50,992 nucleotides of DNA. It comes from Candidatus Asgardarchaeum abyssi (GTDB lineage: Archaea > Asgardarchaeota > Asgardarchaeia > Asgardarchaeales > Asgardarchaeaceae). This document shows, piece after piece, positions 30,471 to 39,119 of the stretch; the first letter of the stretch is position 1; every line of letters begins with the position of its first letter. Position numbers and translations under genes: made by a program. The notes under the pieces were generated by a model. The model made no database searches, was not told the origin of the DNA, and saw nothing but the letters and a program-made list of their open reading frames with translations. Location: assembly GCA_040225955.1 (NCBI GenBank), contig JBECUL010000012.1:1-50992 (forward strand). The letters are read 5' to 3'.

Positions 30471-31874
30471 ATGAGGGTTGCAATAATAACTGAAGGAACG
30501 TACCCCACAACCTTGGGAGGAGTTTCTTATTGGGTACATAATTTGATAGATGGCATGCCAGATATAGAATTTGTTGTCGTTGCAATAGTACCGACTAAAG
30601 AACCCACCATTCGATTTGCAAAACCACCAAATTTAAAAGAAATAATATTCGTACCGGTACCTCATAAACTTGAAGAATTTAGCGATATTGAAAAAACAGA
30701 CCTTGTTGACGAAATGGTAGAGGAGATTATTCAGTTTCATAAAAATATAAAGAATTTTAAGTTTGTAGAAGCTTATAAAAATCTTAAAAAAGTGTATCCT
30801 ATTTTTTTAGACAATCCTATGAAAATATGGCGTCACAAACTTCTTTGGAAATTTCTTGAAGAATACTATAAGAAAATAAATCCCAAAACTGCTTTTTTCA
30901 AATGGCTAGTATCTTGGAAAAATACACATGCTCCTCTGTTATCACTACTAGCTACAAAAATGCCTGAGGCTGACGTTTATCATGCAACAAACTCTGGTTA
31001 TCCCGGACTAGCGGCTCTTTTAGGTAAAATTTTATACGGCGGTCGTACACTTGTAACAGATCATGGTCTTTTTATTCGCGAGTTAAGAATTCGCATTGAG
31101 GCTTCTCTTTTAGATAAGATAGAGAAACTATTATGGATTCGCACTGGCGTTAGTATAAGCATAATGAACTACCATTTATTTGATTTAGTAACCACAGTTT
31201 GTGAATTCAACAAGAGATGGGTAATCGAAAACGTCGGAATACCCGCTGAGAAAATCAAAGTAGTTTATAATGGGATAGATACCGACTATTTCCGCCCCCT
31301 CTTAGTCCCTCGTGATCCCTACTTGGTAGGAACGATAGCTCGTGTCTATGATATAAAGAATATAAAAGATTTCATAAAAGCTGCAAAATATGTTGTAAAA
31401 CGTGTTCCAGAAGCAAAGTTCGTTGTAATAGGCCCTGTAGATGACCCTGTATACTGGGATGAATGTAACAGATTGGTTGAAATGCTGGATCTGAAGGAAA
31501 AATTCCAGTTCCTAGGTCCGACAACTAATACTTTATTCTGGTATAATTCGATATCAGTCTTCGTGCTATCAAGCGCTAGCGAAGGTTTTCCGCTGAGTAC
31601 TATAGAAGCCATGGCATGCGGGACTCCTGTAATTGTAACAGATGTTGGTGGTGCAGGTGAAGCTGTTGGCAAATGTGGATTTGTAGTTCCTCCGTACAAT
31701 CCTAGAAAGTTAGGAGAAAAAATTGTATGGCTTTTAACACATCAAAAGGAAAGAGAACAAATGGGTTTGTGTGCTAGAGAAAGAGCTGTTAAATATTTCT
31801 CACAAAAGAAATTTATCAGAGAATTTAAGAAGATATATACAACCTTGGCTCGTAAAGAGAGAGTTTTGGCATGA
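30471..31874 (+). CDS. pelF: PelF-like GT4 glycosyltransferase (DUF3492 plus GT-B)
   Basis: EGTYPTTLGGVSYWVHNLI (PelF/DUF3492 signature), YHATNSGYPG, TDHGLFIRE, ARVYDIKNIKDFI, SEGFPLSTIEAMACG. Confidence 0.85.
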   Translation: MRVAIITEGTYPTTLGGVSYWVHNLIDGMPDIEFVVVAIVPTKEPTIRFAKPPNLKEIIFVPVPHKLEEFSDIEKTDLVDEMVEEIIQFHKNIKNFKFVEAYKNLKKVYPIFLDNPMKIWRHKLLWKFLEEYYKKINPKTAFFKWLVSWKNTHAPLLSLLATKMPEADVYHATNSGYPGLAALLGKILYGGRTLVTDHGLFIRELRIRIEASLLDKIEKLLWIRTGVSISIMNYHLFDLVTTVCEFNKRWVIENVGIPAEKIKVVYNGIDTDYFRPLLVPRDPYLVGTIARVYDIKNIKDFIKAAKYVVKRVPEAKFVVIGPVDDPVYWDECNRLVEMLDLKEKFQFLGPTTNTLFWYNSISVFVLSSASEGFPLSTIEAMACGTPVIVTDVGGAGEAVGKCGFVVPPYNPRKLGEKIVWLLTHQKEREQMGLCARERAVKYFSQKKFIREFKKIYTTLARKERVLA

Positions 31875-32311
31875 CATTAACAATTTTCACTGTTGGGCAT
31901 TCAAACAGATCCTTTGAAGAACTGATTCGAATATTAAAAAAGTACAATATAGAAACTATAGTTGATGTTAGGAGTTTTCCAACAAGCAAGAAATATCCAT
32001 GGTTTAATAGAGAAACCTTAGAGATTGAACTTCCCAAGTTTAAAATTAAGTACATATGGCTCAAGGATCTTGGAGGGTATCGCAGGGGTGGATATGAAAA
32101 GTATCAAGAGAGTGAACAATATAAAATAGCGTTAGATGAATTGATCAGCTTAGCTAAAGAGTCGCGAGTTGCAATAATGTGTGCCGAAAAGCTTTGGTTT
32201 AAATGTCATAGAAGGTTTATTTCAAACGATTTAGTAAGAAGAGGAATCGAAGTGATTCATATTATTGATCTTAAACGAATACAAAAACACAAACTGAAGA
32301 AGCAAGTTTAA
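31871..32311 (+). CDS. DUF488-family protein
   Basis: IFTVGHSNRS, VDVRSFP.S, LGG, MCAE..W..CHR. ATGA overlap with the pelF-like gene. Confidence 0.9.
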   Translation: MTLTIFTVGHSNRSFEELIRILKKYNIETIVDVRSFPTSKKYPWFNRETLEIELPKFKIKYIWLKDLGGYRRGGYEKYQESEQYKIALDELISLAKESRVAIMCAEKLWFKCHRRFISNDLVRRGIEVIHIIDLKRIQKHKLKKQV

Positions 32312-32431
32312 CTGTCATGTATTATTGTTCATAGCTGAAACTTAGTTTTTTAACGGAAATAAATTTTATAATTCCATAAGTTCTCATAAATATCTAGCCT
32401 ACTAAACATAAATATCATGAGCGTGTGATCT

Positions 32432-33091
32432 ATGAGAATTGGAATTATTGGTGGTACAGGCGATCTTGGAAGAGGTCTTTCTTTAAGATGGGCAAAAAAT
32501 CATACTATATTTATAGGGTCCAGATTTAAAGAAAAAGCTGAGCGAATAGCTGATGAATATAATAAAATTGCAAAAGATTACTATAAAATGGATGTTGAAA
32601 TAGTTGGTCTTGAAAATAAGAAGGCCGTAGAAAAATCAGAGCTTGTCGTTCTTTCAATACCTGCGGAATTCATAAAAACAATAGTTGAATCTTTTAAAGC
32701 TGAGCTTTCAGGAAAGATTATAATATCTCCCATAGTTCCTATGAGGAAGGAAGGCAATAACTTTATTTATATACCACCCCCTGAAGGAAGCGCAGCTCTC
32801 CTGTTAAGGAAAATAGTTCCAGAAACAACGAAAATTGTTGCAGCGTTTCATAATCTATCTGCTATCAAATTAGCAGAACTGGGACGTAAGCTAGATTATG
32901 ATGTAGTGATGTGCGGCGATACTGAAGCAAAATCTGTAGTATCCGAGCTTATCAAAGAAATAGAAAACCTTAGACCATTAGACGGAGGGCCGTTAGAAAA
33001 TGCTTATCTTATTGAATCCTTGACTCCGCTTTTGCTTAATGTTGCAATTAGAAACAAGCTTAAACTGCCATCAATAAAGTTTGTACTCTAA
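32432..33091 (+). CDS. npdG: NADPH-dependent F420 reductase
   Basis: IGGTGDLGRGL, IGSR, GSAA, AAFHNLSA, DGGPLENA..IESLTPLL. Confidence 0.93.
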   Translation: MRIGIIGGTGDLGRGLSLRWAKNHTIFIGSRFKEKAERIADEYNKIAKDYYKMDVEIVGLENKKAVEKSELVVLSIPAEFIKTIVESFKAELSGKIIISPIVPMRKEGNNFIYIPPPEGSAALLLRKIVPETTKIVAAFHNLSAIKLAELGRKLDYDVVMCGDTEAKSVVSELIKEIENLRPLDGGPLENAYLIESLTPLLLNVAIRNKLKLPSIKFVL

Positions 33092-33099
33092 ATAATTTA

Positions 33100-34467
33100 T
33101 TATATCTCCTCTATAGTTACTTTTGTACTAAATGTTTCCTTTGGTACTTTCCAGTACTGTCTACTTTCATCCCAATACGGTGCCAAGATCGTTATTGGTC
33201 TCCTTCCTATATTTACATATCTTGGTATTAATTTATATGCAGCTACGTTATCTCTTAAAATAGCATCTAAATGATATGCTATTGTTGCTAATTTTGTTGA
33301 GGGAATTTCAATAAAACTTATGATGCCATCTGTTGTTTTTGCTAAATAGTACAACGGATAAGAATTAGAGAAATATCGAATGAATACCTCCATATCATCC
33401 TCACTATCTTTAAATGGTTCAATATAAACCATCAAAGAACCATCTAACATTATATTATTTACACGAACGACAGGATAATAGTACTTTCTATATTTTTTCT
33501 TAATTCTACATATGGTTGCTTCGCTGACGTTCAGATTGAAGTTCCTTTTTATAATTTCCTTTAGTTGCCTGATAGGTGCTCTAATATCAAATGTTGATAA
33601 TGTGTATACAATGAATTCCTTCTTTGTGAAAAATCTCTTTTCAAACGAATATTTAAGAAACTCAGGTCGTTGTAAAAACTCGTAATGATCTTTCATGAAA
33701 GAGTATGAAGAAACTATATCTTTGTGAACATCTAGATTCCAATCTCTCCCCTCAAATAGGAAGAAATTCATCCCGTAAGTGATTTCTCTTATTTCTTGCA
33801 GTTCATAATCAGTTATTAATCTGAATCTAAAAAGATTAACAATCCACCGCTTAAATCTTTCAATAACAGATACTTGATTAGGTATAGCAAAAGTCACCCA
33901 TCCATCTATTCTTCTCTCATACACTGCAAATGTATCAAGATTTATTGTTAGGGTAAATGGTGTCCAAAGAACATTCTTTACAAAAGAAACAGCCTCCCTA
34001 GGAATTGTTAAAAAAAGCACAAAGTGCCTTAACTTAAATATTGTAGGGTCTATTAGTGAATAGAATCTTAATCTATATTTATTTGATAACCTATTGACAT
34101 ATGCTCTAGCAGTTCTATAGTTCACCCCAAGATACTTTGCCAAATCTCTTGATTTAGCAGTCGGATTATTAACAATGAACTCTAATGTCTCTAAATCTCT
34201 TTTAGTTATCTTCTCTTGAGCGATAAAAATGGTTGAAAGAAATCTCTTAATCATTTCTTTATTTGTTATTCTATATTTTTCAATTATTCTAAGCCTGCTT
34301 TCTACCATCATCTTAAGGTTATCATCATTAGGAAGGCTAAAACCAGAAGGAGTTTGAGCTTTAAGCAAAATCTTTTTAGGTTCGTTATTCAAATATGCGT
34401 TTAATGCTTGGTATATCTCAATAATTTCATCGTCATCAATTGGTGGTTTATAGAATTTTTTTCTCAT
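33100..34467 (-). CDS. Large putative transcriptional regulator with two winged-HTH / Lrp-like modules
   Basis: HTH1 RDLETL..NPTAKSRDLAKYLGVNYRTARAYVNRL and HTH2 RAPIRQLKE..LNVSEATICRIKK, each followed by a ferredoxin/RAM-like alpha/beta segment. Confidence 0.7.
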   Translation of the reverse strand: MRKKFYKPPIDDDEIIEIYQALNAYLNNEPKKILLKAQTPSGFSLPNDDNLKMMVESRLRIIEKYRITNKEMIKRFLSTIFIAQEKITKRDLETLEFIVNNPTAKSRDLAKYLGVNYRTARAYVNRLSNKYRLRFYSLIDPTIFKLRHFVLFLTIPREAVSFVKNVLWTPFTLTINLDTFAVYERRIDGWVTFAIPNQVSVIERFKRWIVNLFRFRLITDYELQEIREITYGMNFFLFEGRDWNLDVHKDIVSSYSFMKDHYEFLQRPEFLKYSFEKRFFTKKEFIVYTLSTFDIRAPIRQLKEIIKRNFNLNVSEATICRIKKKYRKYYYPVVRVNNIMLDGSLMVYIEPFKDSEDDMEVFIRYFSNSYPLYYLAKTTDGIISFIEIPSTKLATIAYHLDAILRDNVAAYKLIPRYVNIGRRPITILAPYWDESRQYWKVPKETFSTKVTIEEI

Positions 34468-34697
34468 ATCAAACCACTATTATATTCAAATTAAAAAAAT
34501 GTACTATGTATATTGAAATAATATCAATAACTTACATTTAAATTTTTACACTTTTTTTCATATATAGTAAGAAAAAATCAACTAAAATCAGGTTAAATTA
34601 AAAAATAAGGATTATTACTAATTATTATTTATTTTTCAGAAAAAAGTCATCTTATTTTTGGAAAATAAGATAAAATAGTAATTATTTGCTCCATTTT

Positions 34698-34760
34698 GAA
34701 ATACTATTTAAATAAATGTGATGTTACAATTAATCAAAAAAGACAGGTAATAAGGGTGGT
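34698..34760 (+). promoter_or_regulatory. Putative BRE/TATA promoter and SD for the 13-aa micro-ORF
   Basis: GAAATAC-TATTTAAATA (34698-34714) lies about 50 nt upstream of ATG 34766. SD AGGGTGGT at 34753-34760. Confidence 0.5.
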
Positions 34761-34765
34761 AGTTT

Positions 34766-34807
34766 ATGAGAGACGATGCAGACCCAATTGACCCAACCCC
34801 ATTTTAA
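34766..34807 (+). CDS. Candidate micro-peptide MRDDADPIDPTPF (13 aa)
   Basis: ATG AGA GAC GAT GCA GAC CCA ATT GAC CCA ACC CCA TTT TAA, with an SD 5 nt upstream and a TATA-like box. It forms a GC-richer island in an AT-rich spacer. Confidence 0.55.
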   Translation: MRDDADPIDPTPF

Positions 34808-34971
34808 CATTGCTGTAAGTTAAGCATATCAAATCATAAAATAATTTTTATTGTTTATGCTCTTTAATCTAATCTCTTAATCCTTTTTTAGAAATAAGAA
34901 TTGGAGTTTTAATTTGTAGCGCCTTTATCATTATGATAATAATAAGAAAAAATAAAGGTAGGTGATTTGAT

Positions 34972-35199
34972 ATGTTATTTGCAGAAGCATTATTAGAGTT
35001 AGAAAATGATATAGTTGTAAATCCAAAGACTGATAGTTTGGTGTTGCGAGCAATTGCAGCAACCTTTGAGATACTAGAGGCTGACCTAAAAACAGTGTTC
35101 TCCCCAAAGGGGAAGCTGACATTAACTTTCGAAAATGGACTTGTCAAGGTGGTGATCAGAAAAAATGAAAAAGGAGATGTTGTCATTTCAACAGAATAG
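34972..35199 (+). CDS. Hypothetical protein (75 aa)
   Basis: SD AGGTGA upstream. Overlaps the next ORF by 35 nt. Confidence 0.65.
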   Translation: MLFAEALLELENDIVVNPKTDSLVLRAIAATFEILEADLKTVFSPKGKLTLTFENGLVKVVIRKNEKGDVVISTE

Positions 35200-35560
35200 C
35201 GGGGGAAAGGTAAAGGGAATAGGGCCAAATGCATTCTTCTTATTTTACGGTCCCGATTTTGTGGATCATTTGTTGAAGAACGGTTGGCTTCTGAAGGTTA
35301 TCTCTGTTCGCTGGGATACCGAGTACGGGTCGGGTATTTTCAACATGCATATTGTTCGGGGTAGTGTTTCGTCGTTCATCAGGAAGCACATTCTTGACAT
35401 TGTTAAGATAGAGCTCTATTACATATCCCCCAAGGGGATCGCGACCCTCAGGCTGACACCTTATGGGACAAATCTTGATGGCATGACTGAGGAGGAATTT
35501 AAACGTTTCATAAGTAATAAGAATTTCCCAGAGGAGATAAAGTCCTATCTACCCTTCTAA
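35165..35560 (+). CDS. Unknown-family protein, copy 1
   Basis: SD GGTGGTGA. The central part is identical to the ORF at 43937-44344. Confidence 0.75.
   Translation: MKKEMLSFQQNSGGKVKGIGPNAFFLFYGPDFVDHLLKNGWLLKVISVRWDTEYGSGIFNMHIVRGSVSSFIRKHILDIVKIELYYISPKGIATLRLTPYGTNLDGMTEEEFKRFISNKNFPEEIKSYLPF
35249..35502 (+). repeat. 254-bp perfect inverted repeat, left copy
   Basis: Exact reverse complement of 43995-44248 by base-wise reading. Confidence 0.93.
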
Positions 35561-35644
35561 CCTTCTCCTTTATTTATACAGTTGCTTTGAGTCTGTGCTT
35601 AGTTAGCTTTTCATCTAACTATGCTTAAAAATAAAAATAGAAAA

Positions 35645-36586
35645 TTAAAGATTGCTTACAACCTTATAAGCCCTTAAATAGGTTTCATAAATAGCCTTAG
35701 CTGCTTCTATAATTTGATTTTTTTCAGATTCCTGTAGTTCATTCCATATATCCGAATTTAAAGAACGTGAAATTTTTCCAGGAACTGTTACAAATACGGG
35801 TTCTGGGACATCGCTGAAAGTTCTAGGAATTGCGAAACTAAGTACTTTCCCCGTATTTAAAATTATACCTCTGATTATCTCAATAAATGAACCTGCTGGT
35901 CCCCATCTTGTTCCTCCTAGAGCTTTAATTACTTCCATGCTAATGTTCTTAACATAGGATTCTACATCCGCCTTATTAAGCTCTTTATTATTATTTTCCA
36001 AATATACATCAATCGGTGTTCCGTCTATCCGAACAGTACTCCAAAGAGGAACCGCGGAAATTCCGTGTTCTCCTCCTACAAATCCCTCAACAAGTCTAAG
36101 TGGAACATTCAATTTCCTTGATATTATTGTTTTGAACCTAACAGTCTCTAAATTTGTGCCAGTTCCAACTACAATTCTTTCTCCATTAGTAAGTTTGTAA
36201 GCTAGCGTTGCCATGGCATCTACTGGATTGGTTATAACAAAATACCATGCTTTGGGATTTTTCTCAAATGTTGATGTAACTATATTATGTATTATCTTTG
36301 CATTTTCGTCTGCTAGGTCCCTTCTAGTCATACCCGGCTTTCGTGGAAAACCGGCAGAGATGACAATTAAGTCCGCATCCTCTACAAACTCAGAGTGTTC
36401 ACAAGCCTCTATGGTTATATCAAATCCATGAGCTGCGCATGCATGATACAATTCTTCTTTTGTCATCTCAGCAATTTTTGGTTTTATATCAACTAGTGTG
36501 AGTTTGTCTACATATCTTTCGAATATCAGTGTATATGCAACAGCTTGGCCTACACGACCAGTACCAATAACTGCTATATGCACCAT
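35645..36586 (-). CDS. mdh: Malate dehydrogenase (LDH/MDH family)
   Basis: GTGRVG, AGFPRKPGMTRRDL (Arg in the specificity loop, MDH type), TNPVD, GEHG. Confidence 0.85.
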   Translation of the reverse strand: MVHIAVIGTGRVGQAVAYTLIFERYVDKLTLVDIKPKIAEMTKEELYHACAAHGFDITIEACEHSEFVEDADLIVISAGFPRKPGMTRRDLADENAKIIHNIVTSTFEKNPKAWYFVITNPVDAMATLAYKLTNGERIVVGTGTNLETVRFKTIISRKLNVPLRLVEGFVGGEHGISAVPLWSTVRIDGTPIDVYLENNNKELNKADVESYVKNISMEVIKALGGTRWGPAGSFIEIIRGIILNTGKVLSFAIPRTFSDVPEPVFVTVPGKISRSLNSDIWNELQESEKNQIIEAAKAIYETYLRAYKVVSNL

Positions 36587-36931
36587 AAAGATCCCTCAAA
36601 ATGGTATTCAGTAAGACAACTAATAGACAGACAGTAATCTTGTCAAAGTTAAAAATAAGATATTTTTATAGGTTTGCATAAAAAAGAAAGTTCTACGCTT
36701 TATAATTTCCTGAATAGAAGGTAAATAAGTTATTTTATTAATTGTACAAAAGCAAAGCTTTAGAAGCATAGTATCTGACTTCTAATCGATGTTATATATG
36801 TTCTTGTTCAATATTGTTGGTGTGATATTATCGATTAAAAATAGATTCTACTTTTCACTTAGGTTGTGAATTAACAACATTAATAATTTGGAATTCAAAA
36901 TTCTTTATATTCATTTTAAATTTCCCGAATT

Positions 36932-37897
36932 CTATTCTCCTCTCTCTTCGACTTTTATTTCTGGAAATCCTTTTTCTTTAATAAAATCTATAACTTCATC
37001 TAATCTTGGAAGGGCAGTTCTGGCTCCTATTTTTGTTATTGCTATTGCTGCGCATGCTGTGGCATAACCTAGAGTTTTTTCATCATCATATTCTCTAAGA
37101 ATACCTAATACTAAACCTGCTGTATAGGCATCTCCTGCACCCGTTGTATCAACTGGTGTTACTTTATATGCAGAAGCTATGTACTTTTTTTCTCTTGTAA
37201 ACATGATAGAACCCAGAGGCCCCCTAGTGATAATAATTTTCTTAGCACCCATGTTTAATAAGAAATCTGCTGCAACGTCAAAATCTTTACCAGTTCCAAC
37301 TAAACTTATCAGTTCCTTTTCGCTTAATATGAGGACATCACAATTAGCTATCATATCTTTGACGAAGTCAAAACCTAAGGAAATCATTACACCACCTGGA
37401 GAATATACTATCTTTATTTTCTTGTCTTTTAGCCCCATTATGAGAGCTCTTGCAACATGAGGAAATATTTCTCCAACTACTAAAAGTTTAGAATCAAGGA
37501 TATAGTCCATCGGTAATTCTTCTGGCTTCTCTAGAAGTGCCTTCCCTCCAAGAGCAAATATTATTCTTTCCCCTTCCTCATTAACTGCAATGAACGTTGC
37601 AGCAGAATAACCCTCAGAAATTATGACTCTTGATACATCAACATTTTCTTTTTTAAATTCCTCTAATAATAACTTTCCATTTTCATCATTTCCTACTTTT
37701 CCTACAAATCCAGTATCTACACCTAATCGTGCCAAACCAACTGCTATGTTTGCTAATGACCCACCTGGATATTTATCAAAGGCATCGACCGGTACTATTT
37801 CATCCGGCTTTGGGAATCTCTTAACTTTTGCAATTAAATCAACAGCCGCAGCTCCGATTACAACAACTTCTTTCATCTTATCCAACCTACCTATCAT
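36932..37897 (-). CDS. PfkB/ribokinase-family carbohydrate kinase
   Basis: GGSLANIAVGLARLG, GKVGND, DTTGAGDAY. Confidence 0.93.
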   Translation of the reverse strand: MIGRLDKMKEVVVIGAAAVDLIAKVKRFPKPDEIVPVDAFDKYPGGSLANIAVGLARLGVDTGFVGKVGNDENGKLLLEEFKKENVDVSRVIISEGYSAATFIAVNEEGERIIFALGGKALLEKPEELPMDYILDSKLLVVGEIFPHVARALIMGLKDKKIKIVYSPGGVMISLGFDFVKDMIANCDVLILSEKELISLVGTGKDFDVAADFLLNMGAKKIIITRGPLGSIMFTREKKYIASAYKVTPVDTTGAGDAYTAGLVLGILREYDDEKTLGYATACAAIAITKIGARTALPRLDEVIDFIKEKGFPEIKVEERGE

Positions 37898-38891
37898 AAT
37901 TCATCAGATTTGTAAGTTTTCTTGCATAGTTTTCAAGCCCAATCTTATTAACTTCCTCAACAATTTTTAACTTCTGTTTATCTATCTTACTTATACCTCT
38001 AAATGCTCCCGCAATAGCACCACTTATTGCACCTATAGTGTCTGTATCTCCTCCAATATTTGTAGATAAGATAATAGCATCCATGGGATTTCCTTTTGCA
38101 ATTATCAAGATACCAAAAGCTGCTGGTATTGCTTCTGCAGAATGTATCCCGGTTCCAATTATTTCATATATTTCTCTCGTTGCCTTTTTCGGGTCATTAA
38201 ATTTTTTGGCTATATCTACAGATAGCCTTATTCTTTTTTCTACAGATGGCGATACAACATCTCTTCCATAATCTGCGCCTATTCTTGCTCCATTAATTGC
38301 AGCATCAATTATTTTGTCAAGAGCAGCATCCTCACTTAAGGATATAGATATAGCAGCAGCTACGGCTGATGCGGCCGCTATAGCAGGTTTACCACCATGG
38401 GTTACTCTTGATATTTCAGCTGCTTTTTTAGCTGCAACCTCAGGTCTTCCTGGATATAAAAGACCTATAGGTGCAATTCTCATTGCGGCTCCACAAGTTA
38501 CATTTCTCTCCCCAGCAAGTTCGATAGGCACTCCATTTAGAATATTTTCTATTGCTTTTCTTGTACTTGGTCCTACATAAGGTTTCTTATCAAGTCCCTT
38601 CTTAGCCCAATCTATTAGTTTTTCCGAAAAACTCTCAGGGGTTATTATCCCTTTATTCTCAATTATGGCATCGATTAAAACCATCGTTTCCTCCGTATCG
38701 TCTGTTATATGACCTTCTGGTAAGAAAGAATTCGGATGTCCATCTGGGGCTCTCTTAAAAGTAGTGACATAGCCAAAGATCTGTTGAATTTCGTTTGGAG
38801 TAAGACCTTCAGTCGGCATTCCTAAAGCATCTCCGATGGCCAAACCAGCTAAACACCCATATATCTTATCAAAAAAGTTGTTATTTGCCAT
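37887..38891 (-). CDS. ADP-ribosylglycohydrolase family protein
   Basis: GDALGMPTE, TDDT, GAAMRIAP, TH, GGDTDTIG. Confidence 0.94.
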   Translation of the reverse strand: MANNNFFDKIYGCLAGLAIGDALGMPTEGLTPNEIQQIFGYVTTFKRAPDGHPNSFLPEGHITDDTEETMVLIDAIIENKGIITPESFSEKLIDWAKKGLDKKPYVGPSTRKAIENILNGVPIELAGERNVTCGAAMRIAPIGLLYPGRPEVAAKKAAEISRVTHGGKPAIAAASAVAAAISISLSEDAALDKIIDAAINGARIGADYGRDVVSPSVEKRIRLSVDIAKKFNDPKKATREIYEIIGTGIHSAEAIPAAFGILIIAKGNPMDAIILSTNIGGDTDTIGAISGAIAGAFRGISKIDKQKLKIVEEVNKIGLENYARKLTNLMNYDR

Positions 38892-39119
38892 CTTATTCGC
38901 ATCCCTTAATCTTTTGTTTTAAACAGTTCATTAAGCGGTGGTTTACTAAGATTTTAATGTCTAATATTCCTTTTTGAAGGGTATTACCGATATATATAAT
39001 TCACTTTATTAAAATAATTTTTCTTATTTGTGGTGAATTTCTAGGAGTTAGTGCAGAAATATTTACAAATTCTATCAATCCTTTTTTATGTTAATGAGTG
39101 TTCGAATTTATAGAGTAAT

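Noticed and set aside
34972-35199. KEOPS subunit Pcc1 assignment
   Set aside because: Size and alpha/beta pattern are loosely similar, but the order of elements and motifs do not fit convincingly. Left as hypothetical.
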